Positions 28,736 through 39,919 of a stretch of 55,273 nucleotides of DNA are shown piece by piece. A program made the position numbers and the translations under genes. Where the stretch lies: the IMG/VR virus record IMGVR_UViG_3300047157_000034, positions 1 to 55,273 of that record. One strand, written 5' to 3'. The number at the start of each line of letters is the position of its first letter. Within the stretch, counting starts at the first letter, position 1. The DNA comes from a virus (Duplodnaviria; Caudoviricetes). A model generated the notes under the pieces. It made no database searches. It had not been told where the DNA came from and worked only from the letters and a program-made list of their open reading frames with translations.

Positions 28736-29420
28736 AGTTATAGATGTAATTTCACGCGTTGAGTCTATCCTGCAGGACACAAATGTCCGTTGGCCTCGCC
28801 TTGAATTACAAAGATGGTTAAACGAATGTTACCTTAGTATTGTACTATTACGCCCTGATGCAAATGCTAAGTGCGCAACATTTACTTGCGCTGCTGGAAC
28901 TAAACAAACTCTAACGGCTTCTGCTGGAGGATTTCCGTCTGCGTTACGTTTGTTAGATGTTACACGAAATGTTAAAACGGGGTCTAATAAAAAAGTAGTT
29001 CGTGTCGTTAACCGAAGTGTTTTAGATGACCAAAGACCTGGTTGGCACGCTGAAACGCAAACAGATAATATTCAACATTATACTTATGACCCCAGATCGC
29101 CAAAACAATTTTATGTTTATCCTCCTGCTACAGCTGTAGCGCAGTTAGAAGTTGTGTACGCGGACGCACCTGGAGCTCATACAATGACAGAAGCTGAACT
29201 TGACCCAGCAAATAATGATAATGAAGTTATTTTACTAGACGATATTTACTTAAGCCCCATTACAGATTGGATTTTGTATCGAGCTTATTCAAAAGACGCA
29301 GAGTACGGGGCAAACGAAGCTCGTGCTGTAGCTTCTTACCAAGCATTTAACGCTGCTATTGGAACAAAAACTCAAGTGGATGCGGCTGTTACGCCAACGC
29401 CAGGGAGTGTGGTGACATAA
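28722..29420 (+). CDS. head-tail adaptor protein (DUF6682-like)
   Basis: LQD..VRW...EL..WLNE, FYVYPP, YRAYSKDAEY. Confidence 0.75.
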   Translation: MATIKVIDVISRVESILQDTNVRWPRLELQRWLNECYLSIVLLRPDANAKCATFTCAAGTKQTLTASAGGFPSALRLLDVTRNVKTGSNKKVVRVVNRSVLDDQRPGWHAETQTDNIQHYTYDPRSPKQFYVYPPATAVAQLEVVYADAPGAHTMTEAELDPANNDNEVILLDDIYLSPITDWILYRAYSKDAEYGANEARAVASYQAFNAAIGTKTQVDAAVTPTPGSVVT

Positions 29421-30061
29421 TGGCAACTGTTTTATGGGATAAATTTTACCCTTACCTACAGCCTTATGTTTCTGGTTGCCCTGAAATTGTAATGGAAGCT
29501 CACTTACAAGAAGCTGCTGCAAAGTTTTTTGAACGTAGCGAAGTATGGCGTTTTGACATCGAAAAAGATTTTGCGGTAAAAAATGTTGCTGATTACGCTA
29601 TTTTTCTACCGTCTAGCGAAGCCGTGTTAGAAAATGTGTACGAAATTGTATTAGATGGACGTGTTATACCACGTATTTCTGACCGACATTTAAAATCTAC
29701 GGCGGTATCTACAAAAGCTTGTCCTAAATACTATTCAATTTATCAAGATGCTTCTATAAAATTTTATCCTACCCCTGATGCTAAATATGAATTTACAGGT
29801 TCAGGAGTTTTAAAAACAAAACTTACCGCTACAGGTATTGAAGATTGGATTTTTGAATCCCACGGACGTTGCATTGCTTATGGTGCGATCTCCCAACTTA
29901 CATCTGTTCCAAATAAAGAATGGAGTAATCCTGAGTTATCTGTATATTATAACCAAAAGTTCTTGAGGGAAGCTGATGCAGCTAAAACACGAGATTATAG
30001 ACGTGTTGGAATGCGTGTTCGCGGACCGAATTTTACTGGCGCTAAAGTAGGAGCATACTAA
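29420..30061 (+). CDS. second adaptor / tail tubular protein A-like
   Basis: P.V.GCP, FYPTPD, IAYGA...L...PNKEWSNPEL. Confidence 0.7.
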   Translation: MATVLWDKFYPYLQPYVSGCPEIVMEAHLQEAAAKFFERSEVWRFDIEKDFAVKNVADYAIFLPSSEAVLENVYEIVLDGRVIPRISDRHLKSTAVSTKACPKYYSIYQDASIKFYPTPDAKYEFTGSGVLKTKLTATGIEDWIFESHGRCIAYGAISQLTSVPNKEWSNPELSVYYNQKFLREADAAKTRDYRRVGMRVRGPNFTGAKVGAY

Positions 30062-30396
30062 TGAGTACTTCATTTAATTATGTCCAAGGTGATACTGGCC
30101 CGCAAATTAAGTTAACTTTTGTAGACGAAGACACAAACACTGCTACAGATTTAACTGGAGCAACTGTTACGTTACACTTTAGGGCTGCAGGAGAATCTAC
30201 TGTTCTGTTTTCTCGCGCTGTTTACGTTAATCCAGATACAGCTGATACAGGTATTGGAGTTATACAGTGGCAAACAACTGATCTTAATCAAGATCCTGGC
30301 ACTTACGAAGGCGAAATAGAAATTGTTCGCGCAACAGGTTTACGAGAAACAATATACGACATTCTTAAGTTTAGAATACGAGAGGATTTTGCATGA
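30061..30396 (+). CDS. BppU N-terminal-like structural protein
   Basis: VQGDTGP..., DLTGATV, GTYEGEIEI. Confidence 0.65.
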   Translation: MSTSFNYVQGDTGPQIKLTFVDEDTNTATDLTGATVTLHFRAAGESTVLFSRAVYVNPDTADTGIGVIQWQTTDLNQDPGTYEGEIEIVRATGLRETIYDILKFRIREDFA

Positions 30397-31244
30397 AGCT
30401 TAAATCCGCAGTCTTTGTTAACGCTCTTAAAGTTGCATTTAAGCAACTTCGTACAACTATGTCTGCTGCGGAGTATCAAAGTATTAAAGTAACAGCCGAA
30501 GCTGGAAACTTTGTTTTGTTTGCCGAGTTTATTGATAATTTTACTATTAAAGATGGTGTCGGTTCAAATGATGGTGCAGTATTATCTTTTTTCAAAACAC
30601 TTACCGATAATCCAGCAGCAGCTGAACAAGCAACGCTTGCTTTTAATAAAACACTTTCTGAAACAGTAAATATAGCAGACGCTGACCAAATTGTTAAAAG
30701 TTTTTCTCGGCCTGTTTCTGATACAGCGTTTATTACTGACCCAGTCGCTAAATCGTTTTCAACAGGATTTTCAGATAGTACAGGAATTAGCGAAGATGCA
30801 GCTTTACTAGCTATAAATAAAATTTTGTCAGAAGTACCTTCGGCAGCTGACGAGTTAAATTTTCTTCCGTTTGGAAAAAATCCAAGTGACGCTCCTGTTG
30901 CAACAGATGAAATAACTTCTCGATCTTTTACAAAACTTTTAACGGACATTGTCGATTCAACAGATGATATTGATGGGTCGGCATCAACACAAGACGACCA
31001 AGAACTACAGTTTGCTAAAGTAACAACAAATATTGCTTCACTAACAGACGTATTGTTTTTAGCAACAACGTTTAATAGAGCGCATGCAGATGCTTTTGGA
31101 GTTACCGATGGAGACGTTTTAAATTTTGGAAAACGACCATCAGAGACGACCTCGATAACCGACGCGGGGTCTTTAAGGAATCAGGGTTACTCTGATTTTA
31201 CATATTTTCAGGAAGACTATGTCGGTGCTTCCCGAACCTTTTAG
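30393..31244 (+). CDS. virion structural protein with 18-20 aa repeats
   Basis: repeated F.K.L.D....D pattern. Confidence 0.6.
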   Translation: MKLKSAVFVNALKVAFKQLRTTMSAAEYQSIKVTAEAGNFVLFAEFIDNFTIKDGVGSNDGAVLSFFKTLTDNPAAAEQATLAFNKTLSETVNIADADQIVKSFSRPVSDTAFITDPVAKSFSTGFSDSTGISEDAALLAINKILSEVPSAADELNFLPFGKNPSDAPVATDEITSRSFTKLLTDIVDSTDDIDGSASTQDDQELQFAKVTTNIASLTDVLFLATTFNRAHADAFGVTDGDVLNFGKRPSETTSITDAGSLRNQGYSDFTYFQEDYVGASRTF

Positions 31245-31253
31245 GAGATCGTT

Positions 31254-31712
31254 ATGATTAACGAAAATTTAAAGCTCTCCGGTCAGCTTAGTATAGTCCT
31301 GAAGGACAAGGCCGGGAACATTAAAGACACGCGAGAAGTTAAAAATCTCGTAGTTAACAAAGGCTTAGAGTATATTGCGTCCCGTATGAAAGATGCTAGT
31401 AAAGGTGTCATGTCTCATATGGGGTTAGGTTCTGGTACAACAGCAGCCGCTGCGGCCCAAACAGATCTAGTAACGTTGTTAGGAGCTCGTGAAGCTCTCG
31501 ACAGTACGACAATTGCAGGAAGTAACAACGAAAAAATTGTTTATGTTTCTGCGTTTGAGGCTGGAGACGCTACAGGAGCAGTTACTGAAGCAGGTATATT
31601 TAATGCTTCTACATCGGGTGACATGCTCTGCAGAACCGTGTTTAGTGTTGTTAATAAAGCCGCTGATGACACAATGTCCGTTACTTGGACAATAACATTG
31701 TCAGCAAGCTAA
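31254..31712 (+). CDS. tail/fibre-associated structural protein
   Basis: NLVVNKG, MGLGSG, TEAGIFNA..GDML.R. Confidence 0.65.
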   Translation: MINENLKLSGQLSIVLKDKAGNIKDTREVKNLVVNKGLEYIASRMKDASKGVMSHMGLGSGTTAAAAAQTDLVTLLGAREALDSTTIAGSNNEKIVYVSAFEAGDATGAVTEAGIFNASTSGDMLCRTVFSVVNKAADDTMSVTWTITLSAS

Positions 31713-31729
31713 GTGTTAGGGGGTAAATC

Positions 31730-32068
31730 ATGGCTACAATAGTATCAAGATCTGGCAAAGGTTCGCCCCTAACCAACACTGAAGTTGATGCGAATTTTAC
31801 TAACCTTAATACGGACAAGGTCGAGACAAGCGCAATTTCCACGTTTGGGGCTTCTTTGATTGACGACGCAGATGCTTCAGCAGCTAGGACAACACTTGGT
31901 TTAGCCGCATTAGCTACAGTAGCGAATGTAAGTAATTCAAACTGGAGTGGTACAGACTTGGCGGTTGCTAACGGTGGTACTGGTGCATCGACAGCGGCGA
32001 ACGCCCGAACAAATTTAAACGTAGACGAGGCTGGAACAGCTCTCGCCTTATCAATAGCATTGGGGTAG
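31730..32068 (+). CDS. short fibre-like structural protein
   Basis: KGSPLTNTEVDANF, LAVANGGTGAST..ARTNL, ends ALSIALG. Confidence 0.65.
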   Translation: MATIVSRSGKGSPLTNTEVDANFTNLNTDKVETSAISTFGASLIDDADASAARTTLGLAALATVANVSNSNWSGTDLAVANGGTGASTAANARTNLNVDEAGTALALSIALG

Positions 32069-32071
32069 TTC

Positions 32072-32383
32072 ATGGCAAATGTATTTAAAAATTATACTAC
32101 CGACGGGGGTGGGACATCTCTTTCCACTGTCTATACGGTAGGAAGTAATAAAACAGCAGTTATAATAGGGATGAATATAGCAAATGTCACAGCTTCTCAA
32201 ATAGCAGTTGATGTTACACTCGGAAGTATATTCCTTGTAAAAGGAGTCCCAATTCCTGCAAACACTGCATTTTCGGTGCTTGACGGAAAAATAATTGCAG
32301 AAGCTGCAGATACAATCAAAGTTCAATCTGACACAGCCGCTTCGGTGGACGTTGTCTTATCAGTATTGGAGCAAGACGTATAA
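32072..32383 (+). CDS. tail-fibre attachment / structural protein
   Basis: MANVFKN..., beta-rich 103 aa preceding the fibres. Confidence 0.6.
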   Translation: MANVFKNYTTDGGGTSLSTVYTVGSNKTAVIIGMNIANVTASQIAVDVTLGSIFLVKGVPIPANTAFSVLDGKIIAEAADTIKVQSDTAASVDVVLSVLEQDV

Positions 32384-34986
32384 TGGCAGGTTATTTAGGA
32401 TCACGCCCAGTAGTTGTACAAGTAGACGGCTACCAGCGTACAGAAGCTGAATCACGTTACGTGAATGTGTCTGGGGATGATTTTACAGGCCATTTAGACT
32501 TTACTGACGACGCAAAAGCTCGTTTTGGTAGCTCAGATGAAATGCACATTTACACAGAAAGTTCTGGCAGTGGGTACAGTTATATCCAAGGCGACAGTAT
32601 AGTTCTTAGAAAAGCTAACCAAAGTACAAACTATCTTACCGCTATAGGCGGCGTTGTTTCCTTGATGCACAACGGAACTACTAAACTAGCTACAGCTTCT
32701 GGTGGTATCGATGTAACTGGCACATTAACAGCAAAAGTAGCACAGACAGCAAACACAGTTATGCCAGTTGCAAAGATAACAACCTCTGGAACTTACAATA
32801 GTAGTGGTTCTTCAAATGCTGGTGGTGCACTTTCTTTTGGTCAATATGATGATTCATATCCAGCTTGGAATCTTGGTCAAATTGCTGGCATAAGAAATGG
32901 TTCAGGGTGGAATGGAGATTTACTTTTTTATGTAAACAACGGTACTTCACAAACTAGCATTTCTGAACGTGCTAGACTGGACTCGGCAGGCAATGTTTTG
33001 GTGGGTAAGACTGCATTAAATGATGCGGTTGTAGGTGTCGAACTCAGAGCATCTGGGATTGTAGTAGGGTCTGCGGCAAGTAACGTTGGAGCAGTATTTA
33101 ATCGCAATACATCAGATGGCGCAATTGTTTCACTTAAAAAAGGTGGTGCTGAAGTAGGTACTATAGGTGCTAATGGCACATACCCTTACATCGGTTCTCA
33201 CGGCACATCTGGCAAAGGCATAAAAATTACTGATGCTCTGTTGCCAGCAACAAACGCTGGTGCTTTTAACGATGCAGACGTAAACTTAGGTGCCTCAAAC
33301 GTGCGTTGGAAAGACCTCCATCTGTCTGGCACAGTATACGTTGGAGCTGGAATGCAAGTTGCTGGACACCCTGTTGTTGGGTACGATTCTTTTGATGGTG
33401 GTTATGCTGCACGACTAGGCAGTACTGGAAGTTCAACTCTAAACGCTACCCAAATTTATGCTGGCGGTAGTGTGCAAGCTACTTTTAAAGGTGGCAAAGT
33501 GGCAATTGGGACTACTTTAGCACCATTTACCCAGTTAGATGTGGTAAGCAGTAGCAATTCAGAGATGTTAATCCACGCTGACACTGACACTGTTGGTAGT
33601 CTTGCATCCTTAATGTTTAAGACAGACTCTCAGAATTTAGACTCTCGAATGAAGGGTGCTATTATCTTCAAAAGAGATGACCCTGGCACTAGAGGAACTG
33701 GTTCGTTACACTTTTGTGTCAATGGAGTTAATAGTGATGTTAGCGCTGGAATAGCTGACTCTAAACTAAATATATCAGCGGCTGGTAATGTGGGAATTGG
33801 CATATCCGCGCCACAAGCAGAGCTACACGTACACGACCCAGCAGGTCATGCTAAAATAAGATTGTCAGGGACGGCATCAAATGCAGACACTTTTGAAATA
33901 TATCAAGGTATAACTGGAGTAACAAATGGTGGTCTAACTATTCGAGATGTTGAAGCATCTGCTGATAGATTAGTAATAGACTCATCAGGCCGAGTGGGAA
34001 TTGGAACTTCAAGTCCAGATAATCCTTTAGAAGTCGTAGGTGCTGATAGCGGCATTAAGATTTCATCAGGAAGTAGTAATCGACCCATGTTACGATTAGA
34101 ATGTGGAAGCGATGAAAAACTTATATTATCATCTAATACTACATACGGTGCAATTGGCGATGGTTCAGATGCTAATCGTTATATGATACTTAAAGATGGC
34201 AACGTGGGTATTAAAAATACAGATCCCCAAAGACTTTTGCACGTTTCGATGGGTGGGTCAAATATAGCTGGAAATGGTTATGACTGTGCAATTTTCCAAA
34301 ATAATGATGCGGTTGCGATAAGACTAGTTGATGCAGGGGATGCAGGAGGTAATGGAGGTAACGCAGGGATAGGTAACGATAACGGAAATCTTAATGTTGC
34401 TTCTGCAGGGGCATTGACCTTTGCAACAGGCTTAACCGCTAATATGTCTTTATACCAAGGAAGTAGTACTGGTGGTACAGAACGTATGCGTATTCATGTT
34501 TCTGGTGGTATTTCTTTTGGGACTGGTAATGATTTTGGAAGCGTTACTTCGTTTTGTACACAATCAGGTAAAGTTGCTAGTGTGTATAGAGATATTGAAG
34601 GTAATGGTAATTACATTATTTTTCAAAATAGCAGTAACACAGCGGTTGGATCTATTACTAGAAGTAGTTCCTCGACGGTTTATGCAACATCTTCCGATTA
34701 CCGATTAAAGGAAAACGTGGACTATAGTTGGGACGCAACAACTCGTTTAAAGCAACTCAAGCCAGCACGATTTAACTTTATAGCTGATGATACAAACACA
34801 CTTGTCGATGGTTTCCTTGCTCACGAAGTTTCAAGCGTAGTACCAGAAGCAATCACAGGAACTAAAGATGCAGTAGATGGAGATGGAAACCCTGACTATC
34901 AAGGCATAGATCAGTCTAAACTAGTCCCACTTCTCGTAAAAACAATACAAGAGCTTGAGGCTCGCATCACAGCACTGGAGGCATAG
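32383..34986 (+). CDS. tail fibre 1 with C-terminal intramolecular chaperone (peptidase S74)
   Basis: GNVGIG repeats; TSSDYRLKEN, GFLAHEV and coiled-coil end. Confidence 0.9.
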   Translation: MAGYLGSRPVVVQVDGYQRTEAESRYVNVSGDDFTGHLDFTDDAKARFGSSDEMHIYTESSGSGYSYIQGDSIVLRKANQSTNYLTAIGGVVSLMHNGTTKLATASGGIDVTGTLTAKVAQTANTVMPVAKITTSGTYNSSGSSNAGGALSFGQYDDSYPAWNLGQIAGIRNGSGWNGDLLFYVNNGTSQTSISERARLDSAGNVLVGKTALNDAVVGVELRASGIVVGSAASNVGAVFNRNTSDGAIVSLKKGGAEVGTIGANGTYPYIGSHGTSGKGIKITDALLPATNAGAFNDADVNLGASNVRWKDLHLSGTVYVGAGMQVAGHPVVGYDSFDGGYAARLGSTGSSTLNATQIYAGGSVQATFKGGKVAIGTTLAPFTQLDVVSSSNSEMLIHADTDTVGSLASLMFKTDSQNLDSRMKGAIIFKRDDPGTRGTGSLHFCVNGVNSDVSAGIADSKLNISAAGNVGIGISAPQAELHVHDPAGHAKIRLSGTASNADTFEIYQGITGVTNGGLTIRDVEASADRLVIDSSGRVGIGTSSPDNPLEVVGADSGIKISSGSSNRPMLRLECGSDEKLILSSNTTYGAIGDGSDANRYMILKDGNVGIKNTDPQRLLHVSMGGSNIAGNGYDCAIFQNNDAVAIRLVDAGDAGGNGGNAGIGNDNGNLNVASAGALTFATGLTANMSLYQGSSTGGTERMRIHVSGGISFGTGNDFGSVTSFCTQSGKVASVYRDIEGNGNYIIFQNSSNTAVGSITRSSSSTVYATSSDYRLKENVDYSWDATTRLKQLKPARFNFIADDTNTLVDGFLAHEVSSVVPEAITGTKDAVDGDGNPDYQGIDQSKLVPLLVKTIQELEARITALEA

Positions 34987-37065
34987 ATGACCAAAACCAG
35001 AGATCTCGCCAATCTAATTGCTGATAGTAAAGTTGGCCCAACTGAAATAGATACTTCGGGTACATACACCCTGGGCGGTATAGCGGCTACTGGTGACTTA
35101 ACACTAGACGTTGCAGGAGATATTATACTTGATGCTGATGACGCACAAGTTATATTTAAAGATGCTGGAACAACAATCGGTGGATTTAATAATAGCAGTA
35201 GCAATTTAAATATCTTTGCTCATGTACAAGATAAAGACATCACATTTACTGGTGACGATAACGGTTTAACTATTACTGCCCTCACCCTTGATATGTCAGA
35301 AGGTGGTCGTGCTAACTTCAATAATGATATTGGGTTAAATGACGGAAGAGTTTTACGTTTAGGAAATGGTGACGATACTTCTATTTATAATGATGGTTCT
35401 CACTTTAACATTGTAAACACTACTGCAAACCACGACATAATGCTTAAAGGTAATGATGATGGCTCAACCTATCACAGCCCTCACCCTTGATATGTCAGTA
35501 ACGCTGGTGCGGCTACATTTAATTCAGGTGCAACTTTTGGTGGAAATCTGTTAGTAGGAAAAACTACTATAGCTACAGGCACTGCTGGTGTTGCTCTCAG
35601 GTCTAACGGAGAAGTTCGAGGCACTGTCTCTGGTGCTGAAGCGGCTAGGTTTTCAAGACTGAGTTCAGACGGAAGTATAGTTGGCTTCGAAAAAGACGGT
35701 GCAAGTGTAGGAAGTATTAATGTTGTAGCTAGTGAAATAACTATTGGGTCAAATGACGCTTTCTTATGGACATCAGGAAATAATAACGCATTTTTACCAG
35801 CATCAACCACAACTGGTGGTGCAAGTAATGGACTGTTAGACCTAGGAAGCACTGGAAGACGTTTTAAAGACCTACATCTTTCAGGCACAGCTAATTCATA
35901 CAGAATGAAAGTATCCACAGCTTCGTCTGGGGCAAGTGCTGACGCATCTGCCGATGAACTTGTAGTAGAAAGTAACGGAAATGCTGGTATATCCATATTA
36001 TCAGGTCAGTCATACAATGGTTCAATTTATTTCGGGGATGCTGGCGTAAATTACGATGGCTTTATTACTTATGGTCAGGGCACTAGAAGTATGAGCTTTG
36101 GAACTGCGGCTGGAACGCGCATGACCCTTGACTCCTCGGGAAACTTGGGAATTGCAAAAGCCTCTCTAAATACATGGAGTTCAGGTTATAACGCATTGCA
36201 AGTTGGCGGCAGAGGGTTTGTTGGAGCGCATACTGGTAGTGACCTTTATCTTGGACAAAACGCTTCGTTTAACAGCGGTTGGAAATACGAACAGTCAGTA
36301 GCCGCATCGATGACTCAACACTCAGGTGGTAAAATTACCCACTTTGTTGCTCCTGCTGGTACCGCAGGAAATGCTATAAGTTGGAATACTGCGATGGATA
36401 TTACCGCAGAAGGAACTACAACGTTAGCTGGTACTTATTCTTCAACAAATTCTGTGAATTATGTTCTGCGACTTCAAAGTTCAAGTAGTGGTTCAGCAGT
36501 AGCTGGTCACGGTACAGGAATACAGTTTTTAGGTGAAAGAAACGATGGAAACGTTCAATCATTAGCACTAATCCAGGCTGTAACATTAACAAACTCTGGC
36601 ACAAGTATTGCCGCGGGTTTACATTTTTATACAGGTTCGGGTGGTGCGCCAAGTGAACGTATGAGTATCACAAGTGCTGGTCAATTTGTAATGCCAGGTG
36701 TTTATAATGACACTACCTCTGACGCTGCAAATATAAATGTTAGAAGTGATGGGTTACATAGGCGTAGTACTTCTTCCTTACGTTATAAAAATACTATTAA
36801 CGATGCTACTCATGGATTAACAGAATTGCTTGCATTGCGTCCTGTTACTTACAAAGGGAATAATGATGGTGACACTGTATTTGGTGGTCTAATTGCAGAA
36901 GAAGTACACGATGTAGGACTAACGGAGTTTGTTGATTATGACTCTCAAAATAGACCTAATGCTTTGCGTTATTCCCATATGATATCTCTTTGCGTCAAAG
37001 CACTACAAGAACAACAAGAAATAATTGAGTCTCTTACGGCTCGCATAACAGCACTGGAGGCATAA
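34987..37065 (+). CDS. tail fibre 2 with S74 chaperone; local compensating indels at about 35468-35500
   Basis: 34987..35490 and 35905..37065 are in the same frame and the gap is open; SSLRYKNTI, GLIAEEV. Confidence 0.85.
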
Positions 37066-39648
37066 ATGTCAGGATACATAGGAGTTCAACCAGTACCGAA
37101 AGCCACGCAACGGCGTGAGTACTTTACTGCAACTAACGGGCAAACTAGTTTTAGCACTAGCGGGTACACTCCTGAGTATATTGATGTGTATATGAACGGA
37201 GTTAAACTTTCTCCAGCTGACTTTACTGCTACAAACGGATCTGACGTTGTTCTAGGGTCTGGCGCAGCAACAGGCGACTTACTTCAAATTATTAGCTTTT
37301 TACCTTTTTCAGTCTTAAACCAAGCGTTTAGCGGCACTCTTAGCGTAGCTGGAGCAGTAACAGCCAACGCTGGTGATGTAAAAGTAAGAAGCACTTCTGG
37401 CTCTACACTAGAACTTACCAACACTTCAACTACTCTTGGAGATAATGCTTTTGTAGGCGGTTTAGCTTTTAGAAATGATGACACTTCAGGAAGTCCACCT
37501 CACTATGCTGGTATAAAAGCAAGGACTGATGGTTCTGGTGGTACTGAAATGGATTTGGAGTTTTATGCTAACAGAGATAAGTATGAAACTGATGCTCCCC
37601 ATATGATATTGAGGAGCACTGGTAATCTTGGCATAAATATTGCAGACGCTTCTCAGAAACTGCACGTCGGTGGAAACGCAATTATTACTGGTCTTACTCG
37701 GCTAGGCAATGGAACAGAAAGTTCTCCAGCGTATCAATTTGTCGATGACACAAACACTGGTATGTATAGGAGCTCTAGTGATGTACTAGGTTTTTCTACT
37801 GGTGGTGCAAATAGACTAACTCTCAATTCAACTGGTGCTATCTTTGCTGGCAACGTGGGAATGGGAACTATAAGTCCAGCCCCTGACTATGGTTCAGATA
37901 TTGCTTTAGAAATTAAAGGTGCTAGTTCACCTGGTCTTGTCATTAATGATACTGGTCAAGGGTCTAAGTATGGTATTCATGCAGATTCAAATGACTTAAA
38001 AATTACATATGGCTCAGGAGCCTTAGCTACATTTCAGAATGATGGCAAAGTGGGTATTGGAACTTCTGCACCCAAACGACACATTCATTTGAATGGTGGT
38101 AACGAAACCACTAAGATTCAAATCACAAACCAAACAACTGGCAGTGGTTCAGATGGCGATGGTTTCCAAATTGGTATCGCAACCGACGGAACAGCAAATA
38201 TAGAACAACGCGAAAATGCCGATTTGGTATTTACTACAAATAATACAGAACGGTTTAGGATTGATTCTGCTGGTTTAATTTCTGCTGGCCCATTTGGCGG
38301 TGGAGGTAATGCCATTATCGCTGGCTCTTCTTCACCTTCATTTACAAACCAACCTGGCACAAACTTACTTCTAAAATCTGGTGATGGTTCTGGTACTGGT
38401 GGCTCGTATATGACCTTCTCTACTAGTGAGGGTGGTGCAAGTGGTACTACTGTGAGGACAGCACAAGAACGTATGCGTATCGACAACTCAGGCCGAGTGG
38501 GAATTGCTAATGATACCCCTGGAGATTTTAATGCCTCTGGTGATGATTTAGTCATAGGTAATTCTAGTGGAAACCGTGGGATTACAATTCGTTCAGGAAC
38601 TAGTAACAGTGGTAATCTTTTCTTTGCAGATGGCCTATCAGGTGATCAACTTTATAGAGGTTTTATTCAGTATCAACACGCCGACGATAGATTGGTTTTA
38701 GGTGCTGGAGGTGATGATAGAGTATGGATTTCTAGCTCAGGCAACGTGGGAATTGGAAATGCAGATCCTAGTGCAAAGATTGATGCCGTAACCAATAGCA
38801 ATGTTTATGCGGCTGAGTTTATACAGCAAAACACCTCAAACGGTGATGGCGTACTTATACAAGTAGGCAGTACCGCAGCGGCAGACTATGTTTTAACGTG
38901 TAGAAGTAATGCTGGTGCGGTTTCTGCATTAGCAGTTAAAGCAGATGGTAAAGTTGGTATTGGGACGTTTTTACCTACTTGTCACCTTTCAGTAAAAGGC
39001 CCAACTAGTGATTCAGGTAAAATTACCGAGTTTTATGGTAGTCGCCAAGAAGGTTCTTTACAGGTAACAAATTATTTAACGGGCAGTGATAACGATAGAG
39101 TAGGGTTGTATTGGAGAAATTCAGGTGTTGTTAACACACGAATGTGGTGCGACGATACAATGGACATTCGTGTCCATTCTGGAGACCCAAGCTCCGATAC
39201 TGACGGAACAGTAGTAGGAACACAAACCTTTAGTGGAACACACATTTATAAAACAGACGCTACTGACTTGGTTGTTGGACAAGCTGTAAGATTAGTCGGT
39301 AGAAAACTTGTTAAAACCACATCCGCTAACGATAAACTTTGTGTGGGAATTTATGCTGGGCAAAGTGGTAAAATTGTAGATAGTTTTGGTCAGGCTTGTA
39401 ACGAAACAGACGGATATGGTCACGCTGTTATTGCTCTGGGTGACACTAGAATGAAACAGTCTGGTACTACAACAATAGGTGTTCTTGTAGACGGCTCAGT
39501 CGAAGCAGGAGATTTGTTATGTACCTCAGGCACAGCAGGAAAACTTACTGTACAAGCAGATGATATTATTAGATCATACACAGTAGGTAAAGCAATAGAA
39601 GATGGTAATGCATCAGCCCCTGTATATGCTTACATATATTGTGGATAA
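37066..39648 (+). CDS. tail fibre 3
   Basis: N-terminal YIG..P/DVYMNGVKL anchor, GNVGIG repeats, C-terminal FSGTH...GDLL..S...YCG chaperone-like domain. Confidence 0.88.
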   Translation: MSGYIGVQPVPKATQRREYFTATNGQTSFSTSGYTPEYIDVYMNGVKLSPADFTATNGSDVVLGSGAATGDLLQIISFLPFSVLNQAFSGTLSVAGAVTANAGDVKVRSTSGSTLELTNTSTTLGDNAFVGGLAFRNDDTSGSPPHYAGIKARTDGSGGTEMDLEFYANRDKYETDAPHMILRSTGNLGINIADASQKLHVGGNAIITGLTRLGNGTESSPAYQFVDDTNTGMYRSSSDVLGFSTGGANRLTLNSTGAIFAGNVGMGTISPAPDYGSDIALEIKGASSPGLVINDTGQGSKYGIHADSNDLKITYGSGALATFQNDGKVGIGTSAPKRHIHLNGGNETTKIQITNQTTGSGSDGDGFQIGIATDGTANIEQRENADLVFTTNNTERFRIDSAGLISAGPFGGGGNAIIAGSSSPSFTNQPGTNLLLKSGDGSGTGGSYMTFSTSEGGASGTTVRTAQERMRIDNSGRVGIANDTPGDFNASGDDLVIGNSSGNRGITIRSGTSNSGNLFFADGLSGDQLYRGFIQYQHADDRLVLGAGGDDRVWISSSGNVGIGNADPSAKIDAVTNSNVYAAEFIQQNTSNGDGVLIQVGSTAAADYVLTCRSNAGAVSALAVKADGKVGIGTFLPTCHLSVKGPTSDSGKITEFYGSRQEGSLQVTNYLTGSDNDRVGLYWRNSGVVNTRMWCDDTMDIRVHSGDPSSDTDGTVVGTQTFSGTHIYKTDATDLVVGQAVRLVGRKLVKTTSANDKLCVGIYAGQSGKIVDSFGQACNETDGYGHAVIALGDTRMKQSGTTTIGVLVDGSVEAGDLLCTSGTAGKLTVQADDIIRSYTVGKAIEDGNASAPVYAYIYCG

Positions 39649-39689
39649 AGGATAATATAAACTACTAACTAACCCTGAAAGGAAATAAA

Positions 39690-39911
39690 ATGACGGACAA
39701 AAAAACAAAAACTCCAGTCACTATAGATAATACAGAATACATGCTTGAGGATATGTCAGAATTAGGTCAACGCTTAGTTCAACATGTAGCAGACCTTGAT
39801 AGAAAAATTCAAAACCTTGGCTTTCAGTTAGAGCAAATGCAAATGGGTCGAGATAGTGTTTGGGCTAAACTTCAAGGAGAAATAAAAGTTGAAGAAGCTG
39901 AAATAAGTTAG
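39690..39911 (+). CDS. small coiled-coil protein (possible fibre chaperone)
   Basis: VTID..EY..EDM...HVADLDRK; follows the fibres. Confidence 0.65.
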   Translation: MTDKKTKTPVTIDNTEYMLEDMSELGQRLVQHVADLDRKIQNLGFQLEQMQMGRDSVWAKLQGEIKVEEAEIS

Positions 39912-39919
39912 GATTAACA

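Noticed and set aside
35461-35500. In-frame TGA in tail fibre 2 suggesting stop-codon recoding or readthrough with the phage tRNA-Trp
   Set aside because: The internal repeat at 35278 shows the real peptide is TITALTLDMS in a shifted frame, i.e. compensating indels. The tRNA anticodon is CCA, and TGA is used as a normal stop elsewhere.
32383-39648. Diversity-generating retroelement or invertible shufflon acting on the fibres
   Set aside because: No reverse transcriptase, no TR/VR pair with adenine-specific differences, no invertase; the repeats are direct and short
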